Positions 1-13,078 of a stretch of 64,000 bases of DNA are shown here, in pieces (the stretch's first letter is position 1; each line of letters begins with the position of its first letter). The stretch is taken from assembly GCF_963921235.1 (NCBI RefSeq), contig NC_086097.1:92072001-92136000 (forward strand), in the 5' to 3' direction. The notes below the pieces were generated by a model. It saw only the letters and a program-made list of their open reading frames with translations. It was not told where the DNA came from and ran no database searches. The stretch is from Mobula hypostoma (Eukaryota). A program made the position numbers and the translations under genes.

Positions 1-184
1 CCATCATAGGAAATAAATTCTCTGTTTCTTTTTGTACCACTTTAAAAATTTCCATCATATCACCTTGCCAGTGTCTAAACTCTGAGCAGTGGAAACCTCA
101 TTAATGTAATCTCCTTTATCAATGTAAACCTTAAAATTCTGCCGTTATTGTGGTGTGTGTAGTATTGTAAGACAATAATAACTT

Positions 185-1180
185 AAGACATAGGAGCAGA
201 ATTAGGTCTTTTGGCCCATGGAGTCTGCTCTGGCATTTCATCATGGCTGATCCATTTTCCCTCTCAGCCCCAGTCTCCTGCCTTTTCCCCATATCCCTTC
301 ATACCCTGACATAATTGAATGGCTGAGCAGACTCAACAGGCTAAATGGCCTAATTCTGCTCCTATGTCTTATGGTATAATGGTCTAATCAAGAACCTACC
401 GATCTCTCCCGAATCACTTGGCCTCCACAGCCGTCTGTGGCAATGAATTCCACAGATTCACCACTCTCTGGCTAAAGAAATTCCTCCTTGTCTCCATTCT
501 AAAAGGATGTTCCTCTATTCTGAGGCTGTGTCCTCTGGTCTTAGACTCCCCCCACCATAAGAAACATCTCCACGTCCACTCTATCGAGGTTTTTCAACAT
601 TCTATAGGTTTCAATGAGGTCACCCCTCATTCTTCTGAATTCCAGTAAGTAGAGGCCCAGAGCTATCAAAAGTCATATGATAAGCCTTTCAATCATTGAA
701 TCAATTTCGTGAACCTCCTTTGAACCCTCTCCAATGTCAGCACATTGGGGCCCAAACTGCTCACAATACTCTAAGTGAGGCCTCACCGGTGATTTATAAA
801 GCGTAATCCTTGCTTGTATATTCTAGTCCTCTCAAAATAAATGCTTCCTCACCACTGACTCAACCTGCAAATTAACCTTTAGGGAATCCTGCATGAAGAC
901 TCCCAATTCCCTTTGCACCATAGATTTTTGAATTTTCTCTCCGTTCAGAAAATAGTCTATATTTTTATTTCTTCTATCGAAGTGCATGACCAGACACTTC
1001 CCGACACTGTATTCCATCTGCCAGTTCTTTGCCCATTCCAATCTGTTTAAATCCTTCTGTAGCCTCTCTACTTACTCAAAACCACCTACCCCTCCAATTT
1101 GTCTTTGTATTGGCCACGAAGATATCTGTTCCATCATCCACATCATTGACATATAACATAATAAGAAGCGGTCCCAACGT
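185..1180 (-). mobile_element. CR1-type LINE, degraded 3' fragment
   Basis: RT C-terminal peptide EWAKNWQMEYSVGKC; 3' tail acataggagcagaattagg. Confidence 0.8.
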
Positions 1181-3589
1181 TAAGAGCAGACATTTTTCCC
1201 AAGTAAATATTGGGAAAACGAAAGCCATCACCTCAAGCTCCTGGAAGAAATTTCATTTTCTAGCCACTGACTCCAATCTATTCCCTGTTGGAACTTAATC
1301 AATTTCTGTTAAAACTCATCTAATGCTGATAATCTGGCCCACACTTTTATTGCTTCTAAACATGATGCTCCAGCAGTCACATGGTTGATCTACTGTGAAT
1401 TTGAGGTTGCATCAAACGCTCTTCCAACCATTTCCTAACTTGCAATCACCATCATCCCCTGTTGCTCCAGTGTTTCTGACCAGTGTCAAGTCTTCCATTT
1501 TATTTCAGTATCTGCTTAACATCTCCATGTGGTTCAGTGTTAACGTTTGTTTGATATCACTACTTGGGACATTTTGACTTCTTAAAGGTGCTATCTGACG
1601 CAAGCTGTTGTTTGAATCTGCTAAGGGGAATATATCCTTCCTGAGCGCACTCCATTAGCTTATCCCTACAATGGAGCTGATGGTCCACCATTTATTGGGC
1701 TCCCTTCCGGAGCTCTCCTGCTACTGAAGGCCTGGCCTTTCCTGAAAGATTTACTCTTTCTCCCGACTCACTAACAATGGGACACTCCAGTTCCAAGATG
1801 TGGTGACACAGCAAACCTGAGAAAATGCAGATCAGTTGCCAGTCCAAGGTGAACTCCAAAAGCAAAGGCGAGCTGTTCCTAGCTACCTCAGTTGACTAAA
1901 GTTAAGCCTAATGCAAACATTTGACGCAGATAGTTGTATCAAGTTGATCGACTGTGTTGGGACACTGGCGTTTCATCTACTGAATCAGGATTCAAATGGA
2001 CCAGTTGCTGTGAGGGAGTGCCACCTCTCATAATCTCTAGTAGCTTCCTTCTAGGGTGGATAGCAGAACATTGCCTTCCCTTCCTGCTGGTTACACTTAG
2101 CTTCCAGAGCTCGGGTGCTATGGTGCTGTTATAATGGTTAAGGCCTGCCCTAACCACTGAGAGACACGAGTCCACATCCTATCGTGCAGCATACAGGCTG
2201 CGTCCGTAACCTGGCAACACTCTGGGTGGGATGTGGAATCTCTGCAGACGTATGAAAAGTATTATGACTCTGAGAACTTCCCGGCGAACCCTGGTTCACC
2301 CTAATTTAAGTGTGACTTACTAAATGTGCCCCATGAGCACCAGAACTTGAGTCTTCCAAGCCAGCACCTTCAATTGATAGCAATTTCAATTGTCATCAGC
2401 GACTTTGGCAAGTCAGGTCTTCTCTTTTGTACAAGGTGAAAGATATTTTCTTCTTCATACACCATTCGGGTTTTTAGCCAAAAACCTGTGGTCTTAATAG
2501 TTAATTCTACTGATATCAGCTTGTTAAAAAATTGCATTAAAATTACAAACTGTCTCAGTGGAATTTGAACCAACTTTTTCCAGTTATTCCAGGAGCTAAG
2601 CTGAAGTCCAGAGCAATAAAGGACGAGGTGCTAGTGTTAAGGTTAAAGTTTCAGAGTGAGAGAAGCAGGGAGAGAGTTGCTTTAAAGAAAAGAGGAAACC
2701 ATATTAAAGGTAGAGGAAAAAGAGTAAAGAACAAGGAAGAAAATAAACAATAAACAGAAAACTAAATAAGGGAGTATGTTCTTACATACTCCATCTAAGT
2801 TTTTTCATTGGTTTTCTTATATTTATACTTGTATTCCAAATGTAATGTAATTTTGTTACCTTGTGTTCTTCCTACCATTGTATATGAGCAGAAAAGAAAG
2901 TTTTTAAAAAAACATTTTATTTAGATCACTGTTGGGTTCTCCATAGATACTTCTTGAATCTAGGTCCTCACTTGGCTATTGGGAGTAACAATAGAAGTCT
3001 TCCTTTCAAGGTCACATCATTAAGAAGCAAGTCCAAAAAACTTCCCAACTGAGTTTTCTGTCTTGTTTGGTTGCCAAAGTATTGACTACAGCAAAGTAAA
3101 ATCTCCATCTCCGAGGGAGAGAATCGAGGTCATATTAAGGTGTTCTATATCATTTGTTCTGAAGTGAGGAAGGGAGTTATTGTGAATTATTCCGGACTTT
3201 GCTGAAAGCTGAAAATGATCCTGTAATTATTCCGTGGAGAAACAGCTGATCTGTATGCATTGGAGCAAGTATTCCAGCAAATGGGAATGCAGTGACTCCA
3301 GAGGAATTGCCACTGTTTATAACTGAACACTACTAATAATTGTTATAGAGTGATTTTGTACAATGTAGTAGAAAATGGGTTGTAAAATAAATTGTTATTG
3401 TATTTACTGTGGTCTCAATAATGTTATTTTGATCTGATTAATAATTACAAGCACACGTCTCAATAAGCAAACCATGTTTTGGATCAAGATCTGGTGATCT
3501 GTTCTGATGTCTTCATGTGCCTCAGTGTCAAAATATTGCTGATATTTACTGCTGTGAAGCATCTCATTGGTTCAATTAACAATTTACAT

Positions 3590-5510
3590 ATAATCATATA
3601 ACAATTACAGCACGGAAACAAGCCATCTCGGCCCTTCTAGTCCATGCCGAACTCTTACTCTCACCTAGTCCCACCGACCTGCACTCAGCCTATAACCCTC
3701 CATTCCTTTCCTGTCCATATAGCTGTCCAATTTAACTTTAAACGACAACATCGAACCTGCCTCAACCACTTATGCTGGAAGCTCGTTCCACACAGCTACC
3801 ACTCTCTGAGTAAAGAAGTTCCCCCTCATGTTACCCCTAAACTTTTGCCCTTTAACTCTCAACTCATGTCCTCTTGTTTGAATCTCCCCCACTCTCAATG
3901 GAAAAAGCCTATCCACGTCAACTCTATCTATCCACTTCATAATTTTAAATACCTCTATCAAATCCCCCCTCAACCTTCTACGTTCCGAAGAATAAAGACC
4001 CAACTTGTTCAACCTTTCTCTGTAACTTAGGTGATGAAACCCAGGCAACATTCTAGTAAATCTTCTCTGTACTCTCTCTATTTTGTTGACATCTTTCCTA
4101 TAATTCGGTGACCAAAACTGTACACAATACTCCAAATTTGGCCTCACCAATGCCTTATACAATTTCAACATTACATCCCAACTCCTATACTCAATGTTCT
4201 GATCTATAAAGGCCAGCATACCAAAAGCTTTTGTTCACCACCCTATCCACATGAGATTCCACCTTCAGGGAACTATGCACCATTATTCCTAGATCCCTCT
4301 GTTCTACTGCATTCTTCAATGCCCTACCATTTACCATGTACTATTTTGATTAGTACTACCAAAATGTAGCACCTCACACTTATCAGCATTAAACTCCTTC
4401 TGCCATCTTTCAGCCAACTCTTCTAACTGGCCTAAATCTCTCTACAAGCTTTGAAAACCTACTTCATTATCCACAACTCCACCTATCTTAGTATCATCTG
4501 CATACTTACTCATCCAATTTACCACCCCTTCAGATCACTAATGTATATGACAAACAACATTGGACCCAGTACAGATCCCTGAGGCACACCACTAGTCACC
4601 GGCCTCCAATTTGACAAGCAGTTATCCACCACTACTCTCTGGCATCTCCCATCCAGCCACTGCTGAATCCATTTTACTACTTCAATATTAATACCTAACC
4701 ATTGAACTTTCCTAACTAACCTTCCGTGTGGAACCTTGTCAAAGGCCTTACTGAAGTCCATATAGACAACATCCACCGCTTTACCCTCGTCAACTTTCCT
4801 AGTAACCTCTTCAAAAAATTCAATAAGATTTGTCAAACATGACCTTCAACACACAAATCCATGTTGACTGTTCCTAATCTGACCCTGTATATCCAAATAA
4901 TTATATATACCATTTCTAAGAATACTTTCCATCAATTTACCCACCACTGACGTCAAACTCACAGGCCGATAATTGCTAGGTTTACTCTTAGAACCCTTTA
5001 AAACAATGGAACAACATGAGCAATACGCCAATCCTCCAGCACAATCCCTGTTTCTAATGACATTTGAAATATTGCTGTCGGAGCCCCTGCTATTTCCACA
5101 CTAACTTCCCTCAAGGTCCTAGGGAATATCCTGTCAGGACCCGGAGACTTGTCCACTTTTATATTCCTTAAAAGCGGCAGTACTTCATCTTCTTTAATCA
5201 TCACAGTTTCCATAACTTCCCTACCTGTTTCCCTTATCTTACACAATTCAATATCCTTCTCTTTAGTGGATACCGAAGAAAATAAATTGTTCTGAATCTC
5301 CCCCATCTCTTTTGGCTCCACACATAGCTGTCCACTCTGATTCTCTGAGGGATGAACTTTATCCTTCGCTATCCTTTTGCTATTAATATAACTGTAGAAA
5401 CCCTTGGGATTTATTTTCACCTTACTTGCCAAAGCAACTTCATATCTTCTTTTAGCTTTTCTAATTTCTTTCTTAAGATACTTTTTACATTCTTTATATC
5501 CCTCGAGCAC
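3590..5510 (-). mobile_element. CR1-type LINE, 5'-truncated, frameshifted RT
   Basis: ORFs with [51 protein letters not shown]. Confidence 0.93.
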
Positions 5511-5719
5511 CTCATTTACTCATTTACATCTGATTGAAATATTCTATACTTTGCATTAATATTTTGTTTAGCAGAGGTATTGGTCAACTCTGGAAACTTT
5601 CAGCAGATTATTTGCATCAGTGAAATGCTTTCTTTTGAACTCAAAGATAAAGCATTCCTGTCAACAACATGGAGCTTACAGGAGTATGCCAGGAAGCTGA
5701 GAAACAGCAAACATTTTGT

Positions 5720-5985
5720 TTATAGACCACCTTCATGGATAAGTGTGTCAGACCTTCTCACAGAAGGTAGTGAATCCCTACAGTTTCTTCAGAAGGTTGT
5801 GGAGGCTGAATCACTTGGGACATTTTGAAAGGAAGTAGTTACATTGCTTAATTATCAGGGGATTGAGGGCTAAGTGGAACTGGTACAGATGAGGAGCTGA
5901 GGCCTGTGACAGATCAGCCATGATCATATTGAAAGATGGGGTAGGTTTGAAGGGCTGAGTGGCCTATTCCTGCCCCTATTTATGC
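5720..5985 (+). mobile_element. CR1 3' end remnant
   Basis: gatcagccatgatcatattgaa...ggcctattcctgcccctat tail, similar to other CR1 ends in the window. Confidence 0.6.
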
Positions 5986-6339
5986 TCTCTCTGTGCTGAC
6001 AGGAAATTCACAGAAGTCACATCAGGTAATGCCCAACGCTGAGTGATAGGAATTGTTAGCTGAGGTAGTTAAGTTTCAAGTTAAATTTTAGAAAAAAGGT
6101 GGAGATCATAAGGGAAGGAATTCCAGAGAATGGATGACGGATAAACAGCCACTAATCTACAAGTCCCTAGTATCATTGTTCCACCCCTTCCCCAGCACTT
6201 AAACTCCTGTGGGTGTCTTAAAATGAAAATATCATATCCTTCAGCAAATGAAGTGTAACTCACTTGATTGCAAAGTGAATGTATTACACTTTGTCTAGGG
6301 AAGGAGGAATGGCACTAGAGGGGGGTGGTGGGCAGTTCA

Positions 6340-6800
6340 GTATCTTCATTCCATCTGGCACAAAAGTCAGGATTTCCTGGTGGAAATTAATTTGATTTCT
6401 CATTCTCATTCCAATATGTCAGTTCATGGCCTCCTCTACTGTCACAATGAGACCATGCACGTGTTGGATGAGCAACACCACACATTCTGTCTGGTTAGCC
6501 TCCAACTTGATGGTATGAACATCGATGTCTCTAACTTCTGATAACTTCATCCTCCTTCCCTTCTCTTTTTTTCAATTCACCATTCTGGTTTCCCTCTCAT
6601 CCATTCTCTTCTCCTCACCTTACCTGCCAGCTTGTACCCCTTCTCCTCCCTCCACCTGCACACTCTGGCTCTGTCTTTCTTGCCAGTCCTGATGAAGGGT
6701 ATTGGCCTGAAACATCGACTGTAGATGGCCTGCTGAGTTCCTCCGGAATTTTGTACACGTTGCTCGAGATTTCCAGTGTCTGCAGAATCGTTTGTGTTCC
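6340..6800 (+). mobile_element. Penelope-like element 3' end (GIY-YIG C-terminus plus terminal repeat)
   Basis: Encodes HSHSNMSVHGLLYCHNETMHVLDEQHHTFCLVSLQLDGMNIDVSNF, homologous to the copy at 28199-28876; followed by a pyrimidine tract and terminal repeat. Confidence 0.8.
6684..6721 (+). ncRNA. Minimal type-I hammerhead ribozyme motif in Penelope terminal repeat
   Basis: CAGUC-CUGAUGA-AGGGUAUUGGCCU-GAAACAUC-GACUG; helix I CAGUC/GACUG pairs perfectly. Confidence 0.65.
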
Positions 6801-9800
6801 ACGTCACTGGATGACTGGCAGCAGCACCAGCCACAGTGCCGCTGTGCCAGTTGCCCTCGTCACTCCTTCCCCTTCTCTGATTCAGAGTGGTGGTGTTGTG
6901 GGGAGAGCCTCTTCTGCTGCCATCCAAAGACAAAGCAGAAGGAGGAACATACACATGCTGTGCAGAAATAACCGTCATGGTGACGAGAGTGCCACTGTCA
7001 ATTAAATCAAGGGAACATGGTATCACAATGGAACACCATAAGCTTACCTAGTATATTTAACATTGCCCCTGCTCGTCACATTGTTTGGCCAATTGTTGGG
7101 GAGGAGTGTCGCCTCCAGTGAGATGAAACACTAAGCTCTGAGGTCCCTTTGCGTGGGTTCCCCTCTCCCTGTGTAGAGGACTGCCCTTCTGGGTGTATTT
7201 CGTGCAGAACTGCCACATCCTTCTCTGTAAACCGTGGGACTCATCCACTCTTGCCTGCATCCCCCCCCCTCCCCACCTCCACAGCTGACTAATATGTGCC
7301 GCTGGTTTCCGGCCTGTGCGGGAAATGTGTCTTCAAGAGACAACTGCTCACTACGATCACTGGGGAGCAAAGTGTCCAGTTGAGCCTGGGCCCATTGGGA
7401 GCCAGATGGAACCTGGTCTTGCCTGGGTATGAACCTCCCCTGACTCTACTTCAAATGCTTTTTGGACCAACTGCTCTGATTTTGTGATGGTGCTAAATGT
7501 GAAGATGTAGTCACAAACCAAAAAAAATGTAAACCCTTGTACTAGGGATTAGAGCATTGCAGCCAAGGTCAGCCTTTACCGCTCTTCCCTCGTTAACCCT
7601 GAAAAATGAATGGTCTTGAACACTGCCGTTCATTTGGTGAGGCTGCTGTTAGGTAGGAAATGCCAGGTTGCTGATTGTGTGATAATAAAGGAAAAAATTG
7701 GAATGAGCATGTAAGCTGGAATGGTATATGGGATGATGAGGTTCTCATGTACCTTCTTCCCTTCTTGCTAAACATATTTCTGTAAAAACTGATCTATTCT
7801 TCTTGCTATATTTACACCACTTCATTCAGCAGATATCAAAACCCCTGAACATTTTATGCAATTAACTCTAAACAGGAAATTGAATTGGAATTGGTTTATT
7901 ATAGTCATGTACTGAGATACAGTGAAAATCTTAGTTTTGCAGCCATCCATACAGATCATTTCAAACACAAGTACATTGAGGTAGTACAAGGGAAAAGTAA
8001 TAAGATACCCTGGATAATTAAGTACATTGTATGTGCCAGCCGACAGATAAGGTTATGATCTGTCCTTGTCTGTCTTGCTTCAATTCCAGTTATCTTTTGA
8101 TGCACCATATGGGCGCTTACCCTCACTACCACCTGCACTACCTGTTCATGACTCCAGTGTTGTCGTGAACTATGATCTGATGTAGGCATGTTGGCTGATC
8201 CTTCCTCTTCCCTGGCCTTGAGATGGTGAGGAAAATACAGAAATACACATCATTATCCCAGTTGCTGGGTACTTTGAGTAGATCTGTCCTGTGCTGTCCC
8301 AAGGTGAGCAGCATAATCAGCAAAGAAGCTTTCAAGAAAGTTGTTAGTTTTGTGTAAATAAGCTTTAATGAACTTCTACTTGTAAATGAAAACAGTGCAA
8401 CTTCTGAAGTGTCCTGTATAGAGATTGCCAAGCAAAAGATAGCCAAATCAAAAGAAACCACCTAATGTTAACATTGAAGTGACTGTGGGGTTTATTTTTT
8501 GAAAAACAACCATCGACAACCTGAAAAAAGCAGAAATTTGCTTACAATATCCACAGTAACATGAAAAATATATCAAGCTTGAGTTAAACCAATCACATTC
8601 TGTAAAACATGAAATGACATCAGATTTGGTTTGACCAATCAGGCCCCGGCTCAGGCCGTGTTACCAGCTTGAACTTTGGATCCCTGCCTCACATTCCTGG
8701 ACCAATGAGTGAGCCAGATGCCAGGTCATCTTGATCTCTGAACTTCAAATGCAGGATTGTTGGAGTTATACTGCTTTTTTTTGGCTAGTTTTGCAAATAT
8801 TTTCAAGATATTGGTGTAAGCATTCACATAATATGTAGCACATTAGCATACCAAAGGAAATACTCCAATTTCTTGGCACTGATTAATGTTACAGCAACAT
8901 GTTAAGGCAACTTAATCCAACTACAACTTTACCAGCATTTGAGTAAACATGTTAGACATTTAGTAAACCCTACTAATGACAGAATTTGTAGAAACTATAA
9001 CTATTGATTTAAAATTACTTAACAGTGTTTTAACTACCTAATACAGTTTTATTAGCATTCAGGATGTCTATAAGACACATTCCTGTTTGTTTTCAGTAGT
9101 TAAACCCCTCACACCAGCAAATATAAAAGCCACCTTAGAGACCAAAAGTACCAACATAAATCATGACATTAAATTAAGAATACCAGTTCATTGGAACTGT
9201 TCTGAATTCAAAGCTATAAGGAAACAAGGAAAATATATCAGGCACCTTTAAAAAAATTTTGTTTTAATTATTTCAAAAAGCTTGGAAAGGGAAAATAAGG
9301 TTTTTTAATATGTCAGGCAGATAAGATTTCCTCCACTGCTGGTAGAGGCCAAGGGTTCCACACTTTGCTACTGACTCAGTAAGAGTCAACTCATGCAGGG
9401 TAGGGGGTTGAAATAGTGATCAAAGGGCCCACACTGTCACCTCAATCAGCTGCACAGAGCATCTCACAGTCTCACTTGTCAGTGGCCAGTGTTACATTAG
9501 ATAAATCACTGGCGATCTTCACTAATTGCGACCATTTGGTCTCAATTCTGTGTGAACTAGTTGCAGTAATGTATGTTAAAAAACTGAAGAAATTATCCAA
9601 CCACAGTTCACAGGCTTAGCTGAATGCAGTTCTGAACCTAATCTACCACAAAAGATTGGTACTTCTTACGATAAATATAGGGAAACCATTCGGCCCATTA
9701 AGTCCATGACAGCTGCCATCAGACCCCGCCTCAGGCCTTAAAAAATATTGTCTCACATGCTCATTAATTCCCCTTCAATCATTTTGCTGCTCACTGTACC

Positions 9801-9829
9801 AAGAGGACACGTATAGTGGCTAAGTTTCT

Positions 9830-9960
9830 AGCACGTGGGACGTGGGTAAAAACCAAAGCACCTGGACGTGACCCGTGCAGTCACAGTGAGAATGTGCAGA
9901 CAGTGCCTGAGGCCAGGATCAAACCCGGGTCCCCAGTTCTGTGAGGCAGCAGGACTATTA
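9830..9960 (-). mobile_element. tRNA-derived V-SINE-like fragment
   Basis: Minus strand ctgcctcacagaactgggacccgggtttgatcc resembles a tRNA B-box head; similar to copies at 30.3k, 34.9k and 63.5k. Confidence 0.55.
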
Positions 9961-9998
9961 CTATACCACCAAAAACAGTACAACAGAATCTGATGTAA

Positions 9999-10787
9999 TA
10001 GAAACATAGAAAATAGGTGCAGGAGTACGCCATTCGGCCCTTCGAGCCTGCACCGCCATTTATTATGATCATGGCTGATCATCCAACTCAGAACCCCACC
10101 CCAGCCTTCCCTCCATACCCCCTGACCCCTGTAGCCACAAGGGCCATATCTAACTCCCTCTTAAATATAGCCAATGAACTGGCCTCAACAGTTTCCTGTG
10201 GCAGAGAATTCCACAGATTCACCACTCTCTGTGTGAAGAAGTTTTTCCTAATCTCGGTCCTAAAAGGCTTCCCCTCTATCCTCAAACTGTGACCCCTCGT
10301 TCTGGACTTCCCCAACATCGGGAACAATCTTCCTGCATCTAGCCTGTCCAATCCCTTTAGGATCTTATACGTTTCAATCAGATCCCCCCTCAATCTTCTA
10401 AATTCCAACGAGTACAAGCCCAGTTCATCCAGTCTTTCTTCATATGAAAGTCCCGCCATCCCAGGAATCAATCTGGTGAACCTTCTTTGTACTCCCTCTA
10501 TGGCAAAGATGTCTTTCCTCAGATTAGGGGACCAAAACTGCACACAATACTCCAGGTGTGGTCTCACTAAGGCCTTGTACAACTGCAGTAGTACCTCCCT
10601 GCTCCTGTACTCGAATCCTCTTGCTATAAATGCCAGCATACCATTCGCCTTTTTCACCGCCTGCTGTACCTGCATGCCCACTTTCAATGACTGGTGTACA
10701 ATGACACCCAGGTCTCGTTGCACCTCCCCTTTTCCTAATCAGCCACCATTCAGATAATAATCTGTTTTCCTATTTTTGCCACCAAAG
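9999..10787 (-). mobile_element. Young CR1 3' fragment
   Basis: Open 211-aa RT C-terminal ORF 10088..10723; about 98% identical by eye to 18452-19240. Confidence 0.93.
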
Positions 10788-11299
10788 TGTTTCCACCCAG
10801 AACATCCACAATTCCTATAAACCCCCACCACCACCCCCTGAATCCAGCACGACATGCTGAGCTCCCCCAGCGTGCTGCTTATCGCTTCAAATTCCAGTGT
10901 CTGTGGTATCTTGTGTCACCAAAAGTGGTAACACATTCTGTTCATGCTCACTATCAGAAATCATCTTGGAAAATGTAACACTGATATGGAATTTGCCTTG
11001 CTAAGCTTCATAAAGAAATACTTCAGGACAAAACAACTGATTTTGGAAGGACTTAACATAAGAGACCCCTATTAATACCTCCTGCAGAAACTACTTGAGG
11101 ACACATTTTCTGAACTTGGTGCTGTTGATGTCAGATGACAAACTCTGCCATCACCATCCCTGATGAAGATGATAGAGTTTGTCATTGAAATTTCTGTTAA
11201 AATTGATACCCGTAACGGGCTGGAAGCCCGAGAAGAGTTTATTTGCATACACAACATTTCCTATCCGTAACTGAAATGTTTAAGGAACCTTGACACTGA

Positions 11300-11630
11300 A
11301 CAGGGACTAAAGGGAAGGGTTGGAGAGAAAGGGTCAAAGAAGGGCAAGAGCTTGGGGGATAGTGTAAAATGAGGATCAAGGGAGAGAATGGTGAATTTGT
11401 AAGGAGAACACAGGGGTGGAAAGAGGTAGAGCAGACAGGAAGCAGTGTCAAGAATAGGGAGAGGTGAGGACGGGGAAGTGAACAGGAAAGAGGTCAAACG
11501 GAAGCAGGTGAGGAGAGATGTTAAGGAAATGACGGGGGAGTGTGGTTGTTAAATTGGAATTAGAGATAGTGGAAGGATGAGTGTCGCACAGATAGTGTGA
11601 AAGAATACTGGGGAAGGAAAGGATAACAGG
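11300..11630. repeat. Purine-rich (G/A) low-complexity tract
   Basis: Strong G+A skew on the plus strand. Confidence 0.55.
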
Positions 11631-11818
11631 ATTTTAAATGACAACATTGCTGGCCACAGTTGCTATATGAAGTGTTTGTTCTAGTAACCCCATTGTTAAA
11701 AATGATGTGCGAAGGTAATACCACAAAAGAAACACAAACACGAGGAAATCTGCAGCTGCTGGAATTTCAAGCAACACACACAAAAAATGCTGGTGAACAC
11801 AGCAGGCCAGACAGCATC

Positions 11819-12198
11819 AGACTCTCTGACGGTGGTGTCTGAAAAGAGGATGCTGTCCAAGTTGCATGCCATCTTGGACAATGTCTCCCATCCACTACAT
11901 AATGTACTGGTTGGGCACAGGAGTACATTCAGCCAGAGACTCATTCCACCGAGATGCAGCACAGAGCGTCATAGGAAGTCATTCCTGCCTGTGGCCATCA
12001 AACTTTACAACTCCTCCCTTGGAGGGTCAGACATCCTGAGCCAATAGGCTGGTCCTGGACTTATTTCCATCTGGCATAATTTACATATTACTATTTAATT
12101 ATTTATGGTTTTACTACTATTTAATTATTTATAGTGCAACTGTAGCGAAAAACAACTTCCCCCGGGATCAATAAAGTATGGGTATGACTATGACTATC
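11819..12198 (+). mobile_element. Rex1/Babar-like LINE 3' fragment
   Basis: RMLSKLHAILDNVSHPLH...PRCSTERHRKSFLPVAIKLYN, then aataaa and a tatgac-repeat tail; second copy at 40062-40311. Confidence 0.75.
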
Positions 12199-12240
12199 TA
12201 TAGGAAGAGGTACAGTTGACGTTTCGGGCTGAGACCCTGT

Positions 12241-12274
12241 GTCCTGACGAAGGGTCTCGGCCCGAAACGTCGAC
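12241..12274 (+). ncRNA. Minimal hammerhead ribozyme motif, intact core
   Basis: GUC-CUGACGA-AGGGUCUCGGCCC-GAAACGUC-GAC. Confidence 0.65.
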
Positions 12275-12998
12275 CGTACCTCTTCCTATAGATGCTGCCT
12301 GGCCTGCTGCGTTCACCAGCATTTTTTGCGTGTGTTACCACAAAATAAATATTTGCTGATCCAGTTCAAACACTTTGAATAAAAATTCGTTGCAAATGAT
12401 CCCAATTGTTTGTCCTGCAAAAAAACCTTATTCGGAGCCTTCCTGTTTCGGTGTTCAGCTTCAATGTTGCCGTATTTACTCTTTAAACGTTCTCTTGAAT
12501 TCTGTTGGTTACCAGGTGAATGACCCATTCCAATTCGTTGTTCATGTGCTCCAATCCCTCTTTAGCGAAGCAGCAAGGCGTATGTAAAACAGTGAAAATA
12601 TAATCGAGACATCATTGACCGCAGGTGCTGATGATCTGGACAACACACAAAGCGCTGGTGGAACCCAGTGCGTCCGGCAGAATCTACGGAGGGAAATGGG
12701 CGGGCGATTATTCAGGTCGAAACCCTTCCCATAGACTCCGGAAAATAAAATTGCGCCCTTCCGTTCGACATTGCCCCCCTAGTGGGAGACGCGGCTGTGC
12801 AATGTGAAGTCAACGTTTTCATATACTGTAAACTCTTCTTTCATGAGGACGTGTGTGAAAGGAAGATTAAAGAAGCCCTCATTTACAAAGCCGCAAATGT
12901 TGAGTCAAATAGTCCTCACAGATTCATTTCCCGTTTCAAGATAAAGAGTGCCTTCTACCGAAAAATCAGAAATAAATTTTCAAGATGAGGCTTTAAGG

Positions 12999-13078
12999 CA
13001 GGAGGTCCCAACGTTTTTTATGCCATGGGCCAATACCATTAAGCCAAGGGTCCGCGGACCCTGGATTGGGAACCCCTG
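12999..13078. mobile_element. 80-bp hAT-type MITE
   Basis: TIR-like ends caggaggtcccaa and ttgggaacccctg; related inverted copy at 60638-60721. Confidence 0.65.

Larger units (their letters stand above)
11733..12335. mobile_element. Palindromic Penelope terminal-repeat element interrupted by a Rex1/Babar insertion
   Basis: Left arm (about 11773-11818 plus 12199-12238) is the reverse complement of 12251-12336; flanked by taccacaaaa(g/t)aaa at 11719-11732 and 12336-12349. Confidence 0.8.

Noticed and set aside
2380..2440. ISDFGKS peptide on the plus strand as a possible ITPKA last exon (convergent neighbour of human LTK)
   Set aside because: Lacks the SSLLF, WxIDFGKT and EDGY context and hits a stop within a few codons
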